Of a stretch of 64,000 nucleotides of DNA, positions 24,339-36,779 are shown one piece after another (position 1 is the stretch's first letter; each line of letters starts with the position of its first letter). The notes beneath the pieces were generated by a model. It made no database searches. It was not told the origin of the DNA and saw only the letters and a program-made list of their open reading frames with translations. A program made the position numbers and the translations under genes. Source of the stretch: Octopus sinensis (Eukaryota); the NCBI RefSeq assembly GCF_006345805.1, contig NC_043011.1, forward strand, positions 23,262,464 to 23,326,463, given 5' to 3'.

Positions 24339-24726
24339 GATGCTGTACAAACAATTGTCATGCATAATATATTTAGATGCGTCTCAGGTGACTTTTCAAA
24401 ATGAAGCAGATTTTTTTCACTTGCTGTTTCGCTTATTTCTATAGCAATGTATTTCAATTAGTGTAGCATTCCATCGTTTCTATAATGAACTGAAATAGAA
24501 TGGCATATATTGTTATTGACATCAGGTTACCGGATATTGTGGACGGGCTTTAAACAACGTACTATTAGGTTTCTACTCGAATATAAAATATATATATAAA
24601 TAAATACATTTAACAATTAAGGATAACTTCTTAATAAGGAATCTTAACAAGAAATTATCAGGTAGATAGCGTGAAAAACCTCATAAGAGAAAAAATACGA
24701 AAATAATTTTTTTCCTTTGAACATAT

Positions 24727-25213
24727 TAATTTATATTATATAGAGGGCATTATTACACATAAATGCCTCACACTAAGAGGGACATAAGTCATTTCTACCA
24801 AAAATTTCACTAATCATACCCAATGCAGTTTTTCAAAGCAAGACACTTACAAAATGAATTTAGTCCTATATCACCTGTGATTTCGCACTCACCGCATAAA
24901 AATTTGCGTCCATGCTCATCAGTAGAACTGATTCTGAACACATCATAAATAAACTACCAGCACTGTCGAAGTCGAACAGCCAACTGCTCTTTCTAACGAA
25001 GCACATGGAGAAGTTTATAAATCATATATCCGGTAAATGGCGGGCTTTTTCGAACTGCATTTCGTGATATAGGACTAAATTCATTTTTTAAGTGTCTTGC
25101 TTTGAAAAACTGCATTGGGTATGATTAGTGAAATTTTTGGTAGAAATGACTTATGTCCCTCTTAGTGTGAGGCATTTATGTGTAATAATGCCCTCTATAT
25201 AATATAAATAAAT
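24727..25213. repeat. ~150-bp inverted repeat (24727-24876 / 25065-25213) of a PLE-terminus-like unit
   Basis: atttatattatatagagggcattattacac...gtcctatatcac versus gtgatataggac...gtaataatgccctctatataatataaat. Confidence 0.9.
24862..24929 (-). ncRNA. Type I HHR, family G
   Basis: rc agttcta-CTGATGA-gca...tgc-GAAA-tca(cagg)tga-TA-taggact; 7-bp stem I. Confidence 0.75.
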
Positions 25214-25256
25214 ACACATACTTGTATATATACATACATATATGTCTGTGTATGTA

Positions 25257-25292
<36 letters not shown>

Positions 25293-25469
25293 AATATGTA
25301 TCAGCAAGGTGTAGTTCACTTAAGCACTGTAGTACCGAAGAAGAGTAAGAAAAAAAAGAAAGCTTCTAACAATGCAGAAAGTTTTTTTTAAGAACCCTTT
25401 ATATTTCAAGTAAAAAGGGCCATCCTCAGAAGGAAGCAGTGTTAGTAACTTTATTCAGTTACCTTACTT

Positions 25470-25470
25470 G

Positions 25471-25547
<77 letters not shown>

Positions 25548-25602
25548 CCTCACCTCCTCCACGCTGCCCTTGTGGCAGAAATTTGAAATAACTATGATGA
25601 TG

Positions 25603-25647
<45 letters not shown>

Positions 25648-25660
25648 TAATAATAATAAT

Positions 25661-25696
<36 letters not shown>

Positions 25697-25777
25697 TATT
25701 ATTATTATTATTATTATTATATTATTATTATTATTATCATCATCATAGTTATTTCAAATTTCATCCACAAGGGCAGC

Positions 25778-25875
<98 letters not shown>

Positions 25876-25898
25876 TTATTATTATTTTATTATTATTA

Positions 25899-25944
<46 letters not shown>

Positions 25945-25945
25945 G
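25470..25945. repeat. Compound (ATT)n/(AAT)n/(CAT)n microsatellite block
   Basis: Direct reading. Representative of dozens of (TA)n, (CA)n, (TACA)n, (TATC)n and (GA)n tracts across the window. Confidence 0.95.
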
Positions 25946-26439
25946 ACAGGCTCATTAAGTCGGTGAGCTGCTACAAGCTTTAGCGCGCTGCACAATATGC
26001 TTACGGACGTATTTTACCGGCTTTATGTTCTATGTTCAAGTTCCACCGAGGTTGATATTTGCTTTTTATTCTTTTGGGGGTCGATAAAATAAAGTACCAC
26101 TGGGACCAGTATAATCAATTAGTCCCTTCCCGCCAAATTCAAGGTTTCGCGCCTTTAGTAGGGAGAATTCTGGAAAATTTTTCATCCGTACCTTCATCCG
26201 AGTTTCAGCTACACTACCTAGTTCACCTCCGTGGGTTGTTGACTCATCTTGCACTTGTTGGTTTACTGCACCAGTTTGCTTTGTCATTGGGCTTAGTTTC
26301 GTGCTGTGTGTGCAACATAAGTTGTGTTATTTTATTGGGCCCTTAATCTTGTATTATATCATGATGTGTGAGTTGACTTGTTTTAGATTATTTGGCGTTT
26401 GTTATATAGGGTATATGTTGTGTGTGAAGATTATTCTAT

Positions 26440-26650
26440 TTGAGTTACTCTATTGAATTGATAGTGTCTTGCACAAGCCGTAGACTGTTCCTAGCAAAGC
26501 TACTTTTGGACAACAATGTATAGTGTTGTGAACCTTGGTATATTTCTTATGTTTCTTTACATTTCTTTTTCTCATATCATGTCTAACACTCCAATTATTA
26601 GAGGAACCGTTTTCACCTTCAAGTACTTTTGTACAATGCAATTCTTAAAG
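26440..26650 (-). mobile_element. 3' coding end of an R4/Dong-type non-LTR element
   Basis: rc VKTVPLIIGVL...QKVALLGTVYGLCKTLSIQ*, resembling the C-terminus of REL-type elements. Confidence 0.5.
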
Positions 26651-27160
26651 TAACTAGGTTAATGAGAAATGTCAGGTTACAAAGAAATGTAAAATGATAT
26701 TTCGTGACAACGGCGGCGACGGCGGTGGCAATTGTAGTAGTGCGGAATGTTTCTTTTTTTTTTATAGTTTTTTTTTTCAGAGGCTTTTGCGTAGTTAAGG
26801 AACAGTTGAAAGAAAGTAATTAATTTATCCATCATTAATCAAAATACTCCTTTCATTGGAAGCTTGTTTAAACCCACGAAGGACGTAGTGATGTTGTTGT
26901 TGCTGTTACTGTTATTATTGTCGTTGTTATTGTTGTTGTCGTTGGTGGTGGTGGTTATGAGGATGGTGTTCATGGTAGCAGTGAAGATTGCAGGGTTTCT
27001 GATTTAGGCGTGCAATGTAAAGTAGAATATGCATCGCCGAAGTCCATATCCATTCCAGTCTACGCACATTGTCTATATTGTCCAAGAATTTCAATCGTTT
27101 GCTCTTACTGAAGTTATCTCCCATGATTGTTGTTTTCAGATTTAAAACATCTTTCAAATT

Positions 27161-27373
27161 CTTTTACTCTTTTACTTGTTTCAGTCATTTGACTGTGGCT
27201 ATGCTGGAGCACCGCCTTTAGTCGAGCAAATCGACACCAGGACTTATTCTTTGCAAGCCTAGTACTTATTCTATCGGTCCCCTTTGCCGAACCGCTAAGT
27301 TACGGGGACGTAAACACACCAGTATCGGTTGTCAAGCGATGTTGGGGGGACAAACATAGACACACAAGCATAT

Positions 27374-27404
<31 letters not shown>

Positions 27405-27567
27405 CGAAAGGATTCTTTCAGTTTCCGTCTACCAAATCCACTCACAAGGCTTTGGTCGGCCCGAGGCTATAGTAGAAGACACTTTCCCAAGATGGCACGC
27501 GGTGGGACTGAACCTGGAACCATGTGGTTGGTAAGCAAGCTACTTACCAAACAGCCACTCCTACGCC
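27161..27567 (-). mobile_element. CORE-type SINE, complete, internal (CA)/(TA) tract
   Basis: Reverse complement of the 56908-57467 type across both halves. Confidence 0.9.
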
Positions 27568-28179
27568 TATAATTGGAGATTTTTGCCCATTCATTACAAG
27601 GACAATCCCAGTTAATCGAAGTTTTCAAATCACTATATCACACACACACCAGATTTTCTCTTCGACAGGTGAGGGTTCTGCATCTTCTTGCTGAACAACC
27701 TACACAAGTGCATTGTTTATAATGATCAAATAATTTGTGCTGTACATTAGCTCACTCCCTCCATCAAATCCACATTGTCTGTACAAGTTCACAGCGTGCT
27801 ACTCGTCAGATATCGACGTGAATCCTGGGTAACGTGAAGGATACAACGCGCAAGTCTGCAAGACGCTAACCACATACACACACACATACATATATGCATA
27901 CATACATACATACATACATACATACATACATACATACATACATACATACATACATACATACATACATACATACATACATACATGGTGGCTGCCCCCTCGT
28001 TATCGAGTATGGCCATTGCACGAAGCTTAATCAATGTTGTTATCGTGCAATGCCTGTGCAAGAAGATTTTTTTTTAAAGTGAGGAAAGGCTGTGCACTGA
28101 GTCAATCCCACTCACTAAGCAACAGCAGCCATAATCCGAAAATAAGAACAAGTCAACATCATCGGTAACCACTGAGCCG

Positions 28180-28545
28180 CAGGTTTTATGTCGGTTTTAT
28201 CCCAGTTACCTGAGTTACCTTCTCCTAGAAGGATGCCCTAACAAAGGCTAGGAGTCCTTCACTCCCAATGGTTTAACCGCGCGATCGGGTATTTAGTCCG
28301 ATTATTTCTATTTCCCCGCGCATGATACAGCCTTAAGACATTTATTGGATGACCGTTGACTCTCAAGAGTTCCTCCGCCCTTTGGTGGGTTTTGTTTTTC
28401 ATCCCGCAAGGTGTCCAATAAACACCCTCCTCACCAAGCAAGGTTGGTGGGGTTGCCGGTTTAGTCGCCGACGACCCGACCATGCAACAGGTTGTACTGG
28501 GTTACATGTTACCAGTAGCACACGTGAGTGACCTGACATAACATA
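28180..28545 (-). mobile_element. Probable RTE-type LINE 5' region fragment; similar motif at 40790-40880
   Basis: rc ccttctaggagaaggtaactc motif resembles RTE 5' UTRs; no domain-level ORF. Confidence 0.35.
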
Positions 28546-28572
28546 CATACATACATACATACATATGCCCAC

Positions 28573-28643
28573 GGGCATATGGCGTAGTGGTTAAGTGCGC
28601 GGGCTACTAGCCCCAAGATTCCGAGTTCGATTCCAGGCAGTGA

Positions 28644-28714
<71 letters not shown>

Positions 28715-28885
28715 TAATAATAATAATAATAACATCGAAAAATACCTCAGGAATGAGAAGCCAGGTTCGAAATTTCCCCAAGACACATGATGAAGGCTGG
28801 AGGGTATATCAGCCAAAAGGTTGTGTTAACAACAAACAAGATGAGGACAAATATCCGTCAAATGTAAATAATGTAAGTAATGTAC
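28573..28885 (+). mobile_element. tRNA-headed SINE with internal (AAT)n and a decayed minimal-HHR tail
   Basis: A box tggcgtagtggtt, B box gagttcgattcc; tail acac-ATGATGA-a-ggctg(10 nt)cagcc-AAAA-ggt-t-gtgt (28783-28826). Confidence 0.65.
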
Positions 28886-29639
28886 ATATATACAACGACA
28901 CGTACTTTTCTCGTAATATTCTTCTCCTCCCCTCCGGACCTTTCTTATTTCCTCTTTCCGACGAAAAGCCATGTTCGAAACATCACCCCACCCCTTTTTT
29001 CCATTTTGACTGAGCATCAACCTAATATATTCACCGTGTACGTCTTTTTGATTTTTGCGGTTTATGTATTTATTTTTGATATGCCTATATATATATATAT
29101 ATATATAAGAGGAAAAAATCTATCAGAAAGGAACTCTATCTCTCTTAAAAAAATATCTTTTGATAAGCATAACAAATGCGCAACCGGTAAAAAGAACTTT
29201 CACCTAATTAAATTACTTATATTACTTAAATTATTTTGTCAGCATTTTCTTCATTTCCTTTTATATATATATAAATAGATGAGTGTATTTTTACCTTGTT
29301 AACAATTAACACGGAAAAAATAAATAAATAGTTACCAGGGTACCAAAAAATCTCACAAGTAAAGAGGTTGTAACTCCTTGATTATAAAGGTAGAAACTTC
29401 GTGTTTACGTGGAATTTTTTGTATAATATATGAATAAATAAATGGAGTTTAACGCAGGTAAATAAAATATTTTTACTTTCGTCTTTGGTGGAATAGGAAT
29501 ATCCTTAAGAGATGCGTTAATATTTAATAACTGCATATGCTGTTACTATTCAGTTAGCAGGTTATTAATAAACCTGATTAAAGTATTATAAATAGATGAG
29601 TGTATTTTTCCCTTGTTAACAATGAGCACGGAAAAAAAA

Positions 29640-30666
29640 AAAATAGTCTTATTGAAAACACAACATACAAGTTTAAATCAGGACAAACTTTTACTGTCAA
29701 AAATTACTTCACATGTTCTTCAAGGAATTTAATATGTCAAACAAAGCTTACTCAAAGAAATAGACTGACCATTCACCGGCAACAAATACAACAGACATTC
29801 ACAACAAGCAGATTCTAAATAATACTTACTGTTCTCCTCATGCCATCCCAAACACACGAAGAATAATATTCCCTTTAATCTAGCAAGAAAAATCTGCACT
29901 ATTGTCTCAAACCCTGAAACTCGCAATAAAAGACTCCAGAAACTAAAACAAATGCTACTAAAAAGACAATATCCGTTAAAGTTATTAGACAACGGAATAG
30001 AACGTGCCAAAGCAATAAATATCCAAGAACAAAAAATACTCCAGATACACCCAATAATCTACCTTTTGTTACAACACATAACTCAAGAAATACAGAGGTT
30101 TACAATATTATCCACCAGAACATCCCACCACTAAGACAAGACCCAAAAATGAAACAAGCATTCAAAATACACAAAATGACCAAAAGTAAAAGACAATAAA
30201 AAATCTCTCAAAAAATTCCACACAAGCGCTAAATTACAGTCCGCAACTCCTATGCCAACAGTCAAAAAGTGTGGCCAACCCAATTGTGAGACTTGCATCA
30301 ATATTATTGAAGACACAACATACAAATTCAAATAAGGACAGTTGTTTACTGTAAAAAATCACTTTACATGTTCTTCAAAGAATTTAATATATGCTATTAA
30401 ATGTCAAGGATGTAATGAATATTACCATAGGTCAAACAAAGCCTCCTCTAAGAATTAGATTGACGGTTCACCGACAACAAATACGAAACCCCAGTACTAG
30501 ACAGATTCAAATGAGTTGGACACAGACATATCTGCAAAAAATAAGTCTCCCAAATTCCAGGTCTTCCCACTCTACCCTATGTTCAGTGAATACCACAGAT
30601 GAAGCACGGATAAACAAAGAGGATACTTTCATGCAGAAGTACACACCCAGACTTAACAAACTTTAA
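29640..30666 (+). mobile_element. Penelope-like element 3' part (RT thumb + GIY-YIG), partial tandem, decayed
   Basis: SCHPKHTKNNIPFNLARKICTIVS, KKCGQPNCETC, FTCSSKNLIYAIKCQGCNEY.IGQTKPPLRIRLTVHRQQ; 29650-29790 duplicates 30313-30480. Confidence 0.85.
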
Positions 30667-31384
30667 AAGAAACATAAAAACAAATAACTATTCACACACA
30701 AAACTCATTCTGCCACTTAACATAAGGAACGTACACAGCTAACAACCTAAACTTTAGCCACTGGACTACATACAAACGACTCCTGTGTGCTCTCCCACCA
30801 GATAGATTAAAGTTGGGATGCCTTGATTGTAGCTAAACATGTACATTCAACCTCGTCAGCCTTCATTTTAGGCGCTAAATATACTGCCACTTGACGCTAA
30901 CGCACGGACGTCGCAGGAAATATACAGAAAGTTCTAAAATTAATCACGTGTTCATTCTCTACATTGACAAAAAATATTCAGAGCCTTGATTGTTTAGTAC
31001 TACCACTCGACTTGTTCAGACAATCATGTCATCCTTACTTACGACATTGTCACTTGATACTAACACACGGACGTAGTGGGGAACCTACAAACATTTCTAA
31101 GACCAGTCATGTGACTATCGTCTGCCAATCAAATCTTATTCAAAACATATACTAATTTGAGCCATGAACTCCCTATAAAAACAGGGCAAGCTTCAAACAC
31201 TAGTCAGAAACAAAACAGCTGCGACATTTTTGAAAATCAGTGTTAAACTCTGAAACCGGTTAAATCTTTAAATTTAATGAAAACGTATTAACTATTGTCA
31301 GTGCATTTTAAACTTCTGTTTTTCCTATATTTCTACCCGTGTGGAAAAAAACAATTTTGTTTTATATGTCTATATGTCTATATA

Positions 31385-31472
<88 letters not shown>

Positions 31473-31473
<1 letters not shown>

Positions 31474-31907
31474 CGAAAGAATTATTTTCGAAATTTTTTC
31501 TTTTATGAGGTTTTTCACGCTATCTACCCGATAATTTCTTGTTTAGTTTTCCTTATTAAGAAGTTGTCCTTAATTGCTAAATTTTTATTCCGAAAAAACT
31601 TTTCTTTTCCCGAAATGCAATTCGTAAAAGTCTGCCATTTACCGGATGTAATATATGTAAACCCACCCATGTGCTTCGTTGAGGTTGATCAGATAGTTGC
31701 TCGGCTTACACGAGTTGGGTTCGTTTATTTATGATACGTCCAGACTTGCTGATGAATACAGAGGTATGAAATCACAGGTGATACAAGTCCATATTTTTAA
31801 ATGTCTTACTTTGAAAAATTGCATTCGGTGGGATTAGTAAAATTTTTGGTAGAAATGACTAATTTTGTCCCTCTTAGCGTGTGGCATGTATGTATAATAA
31901 TGCCCTC

Positions 31908-31910
<3 letters not shown>
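31473..31910 (+). mobile_element. ~440-nt non-coding HHR-bearing unit (PLE pLTR / retrozyme-like) between two (TA)n tracts
   Basis: Homologous to rc 24605-25064 in permuted order; carries the HHR at 31743-31789. Confidence 0.7.
31743..31789 (+). ncRNA. Type I HHR, family G
   Basis: gacttg-CTGATGA-atac(agag)gtat-GAAA-tca(cagg)tga-TA-caagtc: 6-bp stem I, 4-bp stem II, intact core, AUA triplet. Confidence 0.8.
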
Positions 31911-31983
<73 letters not shown>

Positions 31984-32038
31984 ACGTATGTATGTATGTA
32001 TGTATATGTATATATATATATATGTATATATATATGTA

Positions 32039-32832
32039 CAGAGGCTGGACAAAATAATGGAAAGACCTAGCATCATACCATCAGAATTTTGAAATATGTA
32101 TTGATTTATTATTAGTGTTGCTTAATATGTTTTGATAAAATTGCTGTTTCTTTTCAGATATCAGAACTGGTCCCTAGATCAGTGGAAGAATGTTATTTTC
32201 TCGGACGAGTCATCCTTTACCTTATTTCCGACCACCGGCCGAGTATACGTCTGCAGACAGCCAAAAGAAGCATTTGACCAAGACTGCCTTCTTCCAACTG
32301 TTAACCATGGGGGAGAATCTGTGATGATCTGGGGTGCTATATCTTGGATATTTGCTGGCCCAATGGTTTCCCTCTATGGCAGAATTAATAGTCAAGACCA
32401 TTTAAGCATTTTATCTGATCAAATTCCTCCTATGGTTGCAGAACTGTTTCCGGAGGGAAACACAATCTTTCACGAGGATAATGCACCAATACACACAGCT
32501 AAAGTTGCTACTGAATTGCACGAGGAACATTCTAGTGAAGTTGAACATCTTATCTGGCCACCACAGACCCCACATCTCAATATTATTGAAAATTTATTGT
32601 GCATTTTAGAAAAACAAATAAGGATTCAGTATCCTCTACCATCATCACTACAAGAACTGGAGACTGTTTTTGCTGAAGAATGGACGAAAATTCCTTTGGA
32701 AACAATTCAAAGTTTGTACGAGTCCTTACCTTGTAGAATTCAAGCTGTAATTACTGCCAAAGGCTGTCCTACCCCATATTAAAATAAATTTGTTTGAAAT
32801 TTTAAGGTGTTTCTGTTATTTTGTCCAACCCT
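32039..32832 (+). mobile_element. Internally deleted copy of the DD36E Tc1
   Basis: Both TIRs present; ORF 32132-32782 matches the C-terminal two-thirds of 21343-22365; start codon and HTH region missing. Confidence 0.9.
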
Positions 32833-33654
32833 TATATATATATATATATATATAAAATATATGCAGACACACACATACACACACAGGTACGCACGCATAC
32901 ATGCACGCGCGTGCGCACACACACATACGCGCGCATTTGTATTTAGTATCCTTAAGAGACACTCCTTCAAAAAGTTTTTTCCATCAGTCATGTTATTTTT
33001 TAGGTTTTAATCATCTGCTTGGTTACTGGGTGTAGCGGATACAAATACTGCGTTACTATAGCACGTATCACGTCATGCTGATTGTGTTGACATGCGTGGG
33101 AAATGTTTTATACGATTTGTTATTTATTAGATAATTTATTTAATTCAAAACATCCATTGTCGGCAACCTAGAAGTCCAAACAATAGCAACACATGCATGG
33201 TTACGAGGTTAAAGGTGTTGATTCGTAATAATATTTGTAACTTGATGGCGGTGAGTTGGCAGAATCATTATCACGCTTGGCAATGTGCTGCCCGTTCCCA
33301 CGAAATTGCTGGACTTGTGCCAAGGTGGATTGGTCATGTTGACCAAAATAGCGTGAATGAAATTTGTAGACGAAAACTGCGCTGCGCAGAAACCTGTCTT
33401 ACGTATATAGCTTTTATCATTTCCTTGTCTCAGTCTTTGGATAATTTTAGTCAAACGAATCGATCCTACGACTTATTATTTTTCTGTTCTTAAACCTTGT
33501 ACTTATTCTATCGGTGTTTATTTTTTACCGAACCTCTGAGTTACAGGGACGTTAACATATAAACATCAGTTGTCAAGCGTTAGTGGGGGACAAACGCTGA
33601 CACAAAGTCATACAATCACACATACATACGCACACACGTACACACACACATACA

Positions 33655-33712
<58 letters not shown>

Positions 33713-33729
33713 ACACACACACACACACA

Positions 33730-34986
33730 CAGGGTGTCCCAAAATTAAGGCACCCAAGTTTTTTTCAATTTTGCTGAAGCAAAATTATGTTATATTTTGG
33801 GTCCGGGCGTTGCAATACAATGGTAAAGGAAACACAATTATGACACTACCACATTTATTCGATATGCTCACCTCTGTCTCAAATCACAACCTTAAGTCTA
33901 CGTGCAAATGCTTTACACGTGGTACGCAACTGTTTTTGTGGAATCGACGCCCATTCTTGGAGCAATTTTGCCTTCAGAGCGTCGAGTAAAGCATAAAGAG
34001 TGCTCGTCTCCAAAACGAACCAAACAGAAAAATCAAACAAGTTGAGATCGGGGCTTCTTTAGGGCAATACATCCTAGCCTATGAACGACGGAATGTTTTT
34101 CCGAATCCGGTAATGTGTCTGTTTGGAGCTGTGGGATGGTGCCAAGTCCTGATGGAGGCTCCAAGGTGCGCCTTGAAAGTGCTCATTCGTCCATAGAAGC
34201 AGTTAAGCTTCCAGAATGTCACTAATGTATGGCTGAGTGTTAATTTTAACAGAAAACGAGGGAAGAACTTCCAGTGGCTGTCATAACCGCCCAAACCATT
34301 ACTGACTGTGGATTTTGATGTCGATTTACGAGTCTACCCTCGACGGAGCCAGATACACTCCAAAGTCAGTTTTTCTGGTGATTTACTGTCTGTTCGATAT
34401 TAAATATATTTTCATCAGTGAACACCAGGTTGGGCAGCGTACCTTCAACAATTTGACGCAGGATAAGACGACGTCTCTCCAGGCTCGTGGCCTTATAAAC
34501 CTGCGTGAGCTCATGACGACAGATCATCTTGTAGAGGTGAGTCTTGAGGTCCTCCTTCAGCATTCGATACCTCGATTTTCCCCTAATTTTTGCCGTGGCA
34601 GCCAGTTTTCTGACGGTGCGACGAAGATTTTATTGTATCTTTTCTCTGGTACTTTTAATAACCTCAGGTGCCTGCACACTTCTTTTTCGGCCACGTCCAG
34701 GTCAATCAGCGGCGGAACCGGTCTTTTGAAATTTCGTGATAAGTTTCCAGACTGTTGTTCGGTTAACTGTAAGCTGTTTTGCTATAGTTGTATTACTTTT
34801 GCATCTTTTGTGATAATATTTTGGTCTATAGTCATTATCTAATTCATAAGTCTGAGTTTATTTAGTCTGGAACAAAAAGAAGACATATTAAACTTTTATA
34901 ATGAAGTATGATTTTTATATCTTATCTCATTTATTGATAGTCATTAAGGCCTGAAACTTCGGTTGCTTTAATTTCGGGACACCCTG
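33730..34986 (-). mobile_element. maT-like (DD37D) Tc1/mariner element, decayed
   Basis: TIRs cagggtgtcccaaaatta / taatttcgggacaccctg+TA; VFTDENIFNIEQ, SVMVWAV, HQDLAPSH...SPDLNLFD with 37 residues between the two Ds by hand count. Confidence 0.8.
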
Positions 34987-34999
34987 TATATATATATAT

Positions 35000-35070
<71 letters not shown>

Positions 35071-35076
35071 GTGTGC

Positions 35077-35116
<40 letters not shown>

Positions 35117-35911
35117 ATGTGTGTGTGTATATATATATATCGCTTTGTGATCTTGAGTGCACCAATGTGTAACTGCTCACATTTTCGCGGATGTTTGTAT
35201 GAGCGAGTGCACTCGCACCACGCAGCTTGCATGGTGCGAGTGCACCCGCACCAAGCGTTATGGGCGTTTATACATCCATATTTGTTATCAGCTATGGTTT
35301 AGTAATTTTATTGTATCGCGTTCGTTTCTCTTTTCCCCCTAATTTTACTTTTGATCTTCTGTGTAAATGAAGATATTTTCCTCCCTCTGACTGCTTTTCT
35401 TTCTACAAATCGACAAGTTACATTGCGGAACCGTTACTTGGGATACGTCTGCACCACCGGATGCTCCTGAACCAGTTGTTGCGTGTCCCAACATTTCGTA
35501 TATTTCATCTTCCGTCTTTCCTTTGCCATACATATGTATAAATATATGTGGGACTGAACCGGAAAACATGTGGTTGGGAAGCAGGTTTCTTACCAAACAG
35601 CCACACCTGGAGCTTTATATATATATATATATATATATATTCTTTTGTTTGTTCCAGACATTGAACGGTGGCTATGCTGGGGTATCGCCTTAAAGGTTTT
35701 AGTCGATTAAATCAACACAAGTACTTTTTTCTTTCTAAATCTGTTTCTTATTCTATCGATCTCTTTTGTCGCACTGCTTATTACAGGTTCGTAAACAAAC
35801 CAGAAACCGCTGTCAAGCAATGTAGTGCCATACACAAAGACGCGCGCACACACACACACACACACACGCGCACGCACACACACACACACACGCACGCACG
35901 CACGCATGCAC

Positions 35912-36130
35912 GGCGGCGAGCTGGCAGAAACGTTAGCGCGCCGGGCGAAACGCTTAGCGATATTTCGTCTGCCGTTACGTTCTGAGTTCAAATTCCGCCG
36001 AGGTCGACTTTGCCTTTCATCCCTTCGGGGTCGATGATTAAAGTACCAGTTTCGCATGAATAAAGTACCAGTAATCGACTTAATCCCTTTGTCTGTCCTT
36101 GTTTGTACCCTCTATTGCGTGTTATATATG
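35912..36130 (+). mobile_element. SINE family A
   Basis: ggcggcgagctggcagaaacgttagc head plus core. Confidence 0.85.
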
Positions 36131-36160
36131 GGCGGGGTAAAAAGTGGTCTACCCTTGATT

Positions 36161-36455
36161 TATACGGCAAATAAGAAAGTGGAGAGGATACAAAATCGAC
36201 AGACATCAGACGGTAAACATTTTAGCATGTCTATTTATTCCAATGTATTAGATGAATACATACACATATATTAGTAGTACAGTAGTACAGAAATGAGCGA
36301 ATGAGCAGATTGTCCTGCTCAATTTGCTCATTTCTGTACTACTAATACATGTATATGTATTTATCTAATACATTGGAATAAATAGACATACTAAAATGTT
36401 TACCGTTTGATGTCTGTCGATTTTGTATCCTCTCCACTTTCTTATTTGCTGTATA
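36161..36455. repeat. ~295-bp fold-back palindrome
   Basis: Centre gagcag-attgtc-ctgctc (36303-36320); arms match out to tatacggcaaataag / cttatttgctgtata. Confidence 0.95.
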
Positions 36456-36527
36456 TGTGACCTCGTGTGTACCGTTGGCGATTTTTTTCCCTCTGTCTTC
36501 CCTTCTCTGGATCTTTCCTTCTCCTAT

Positions 36528-36562
36528 GTTTCCGACGAAGAGCTCCGCTCGAAACGTTAAAC
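36528..36562 (+). ncRNA. Minimal HHR motif, family B (U4->C)
   Basis: gttt-CCGACGA-a-gagc(tcc)gctc-GAAA-cgt-t-aaac. Confidence 0.55.
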
Positions 36563-36652
36563 CCTCCGTCTTTCCTTCTTTCCTGAGCGTCCAATAATAC
36601 TATATTTGTTCCACGTCCTCGCGTTGTTGTGTTTTTTTGTATTTGGATTAAC

Positions 36653-36685
<33 letters not shown>

Positions 36686-36690
36686 ATATA

Positions 36691-36779
<89 letters not shown>

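Noticed and set aside
28573-28645. tRNA gene candidates (also heads at 49770-49836 and 56908-56980)
   Set aside because: A/B boxes are present but the acceptor stem does not close and each runs into a SINE body
35345-35596. 83-aa ORF as a host exon
   Set aside because: Begins inside a SINE head, has no recognisable domain and no convincing splice sites
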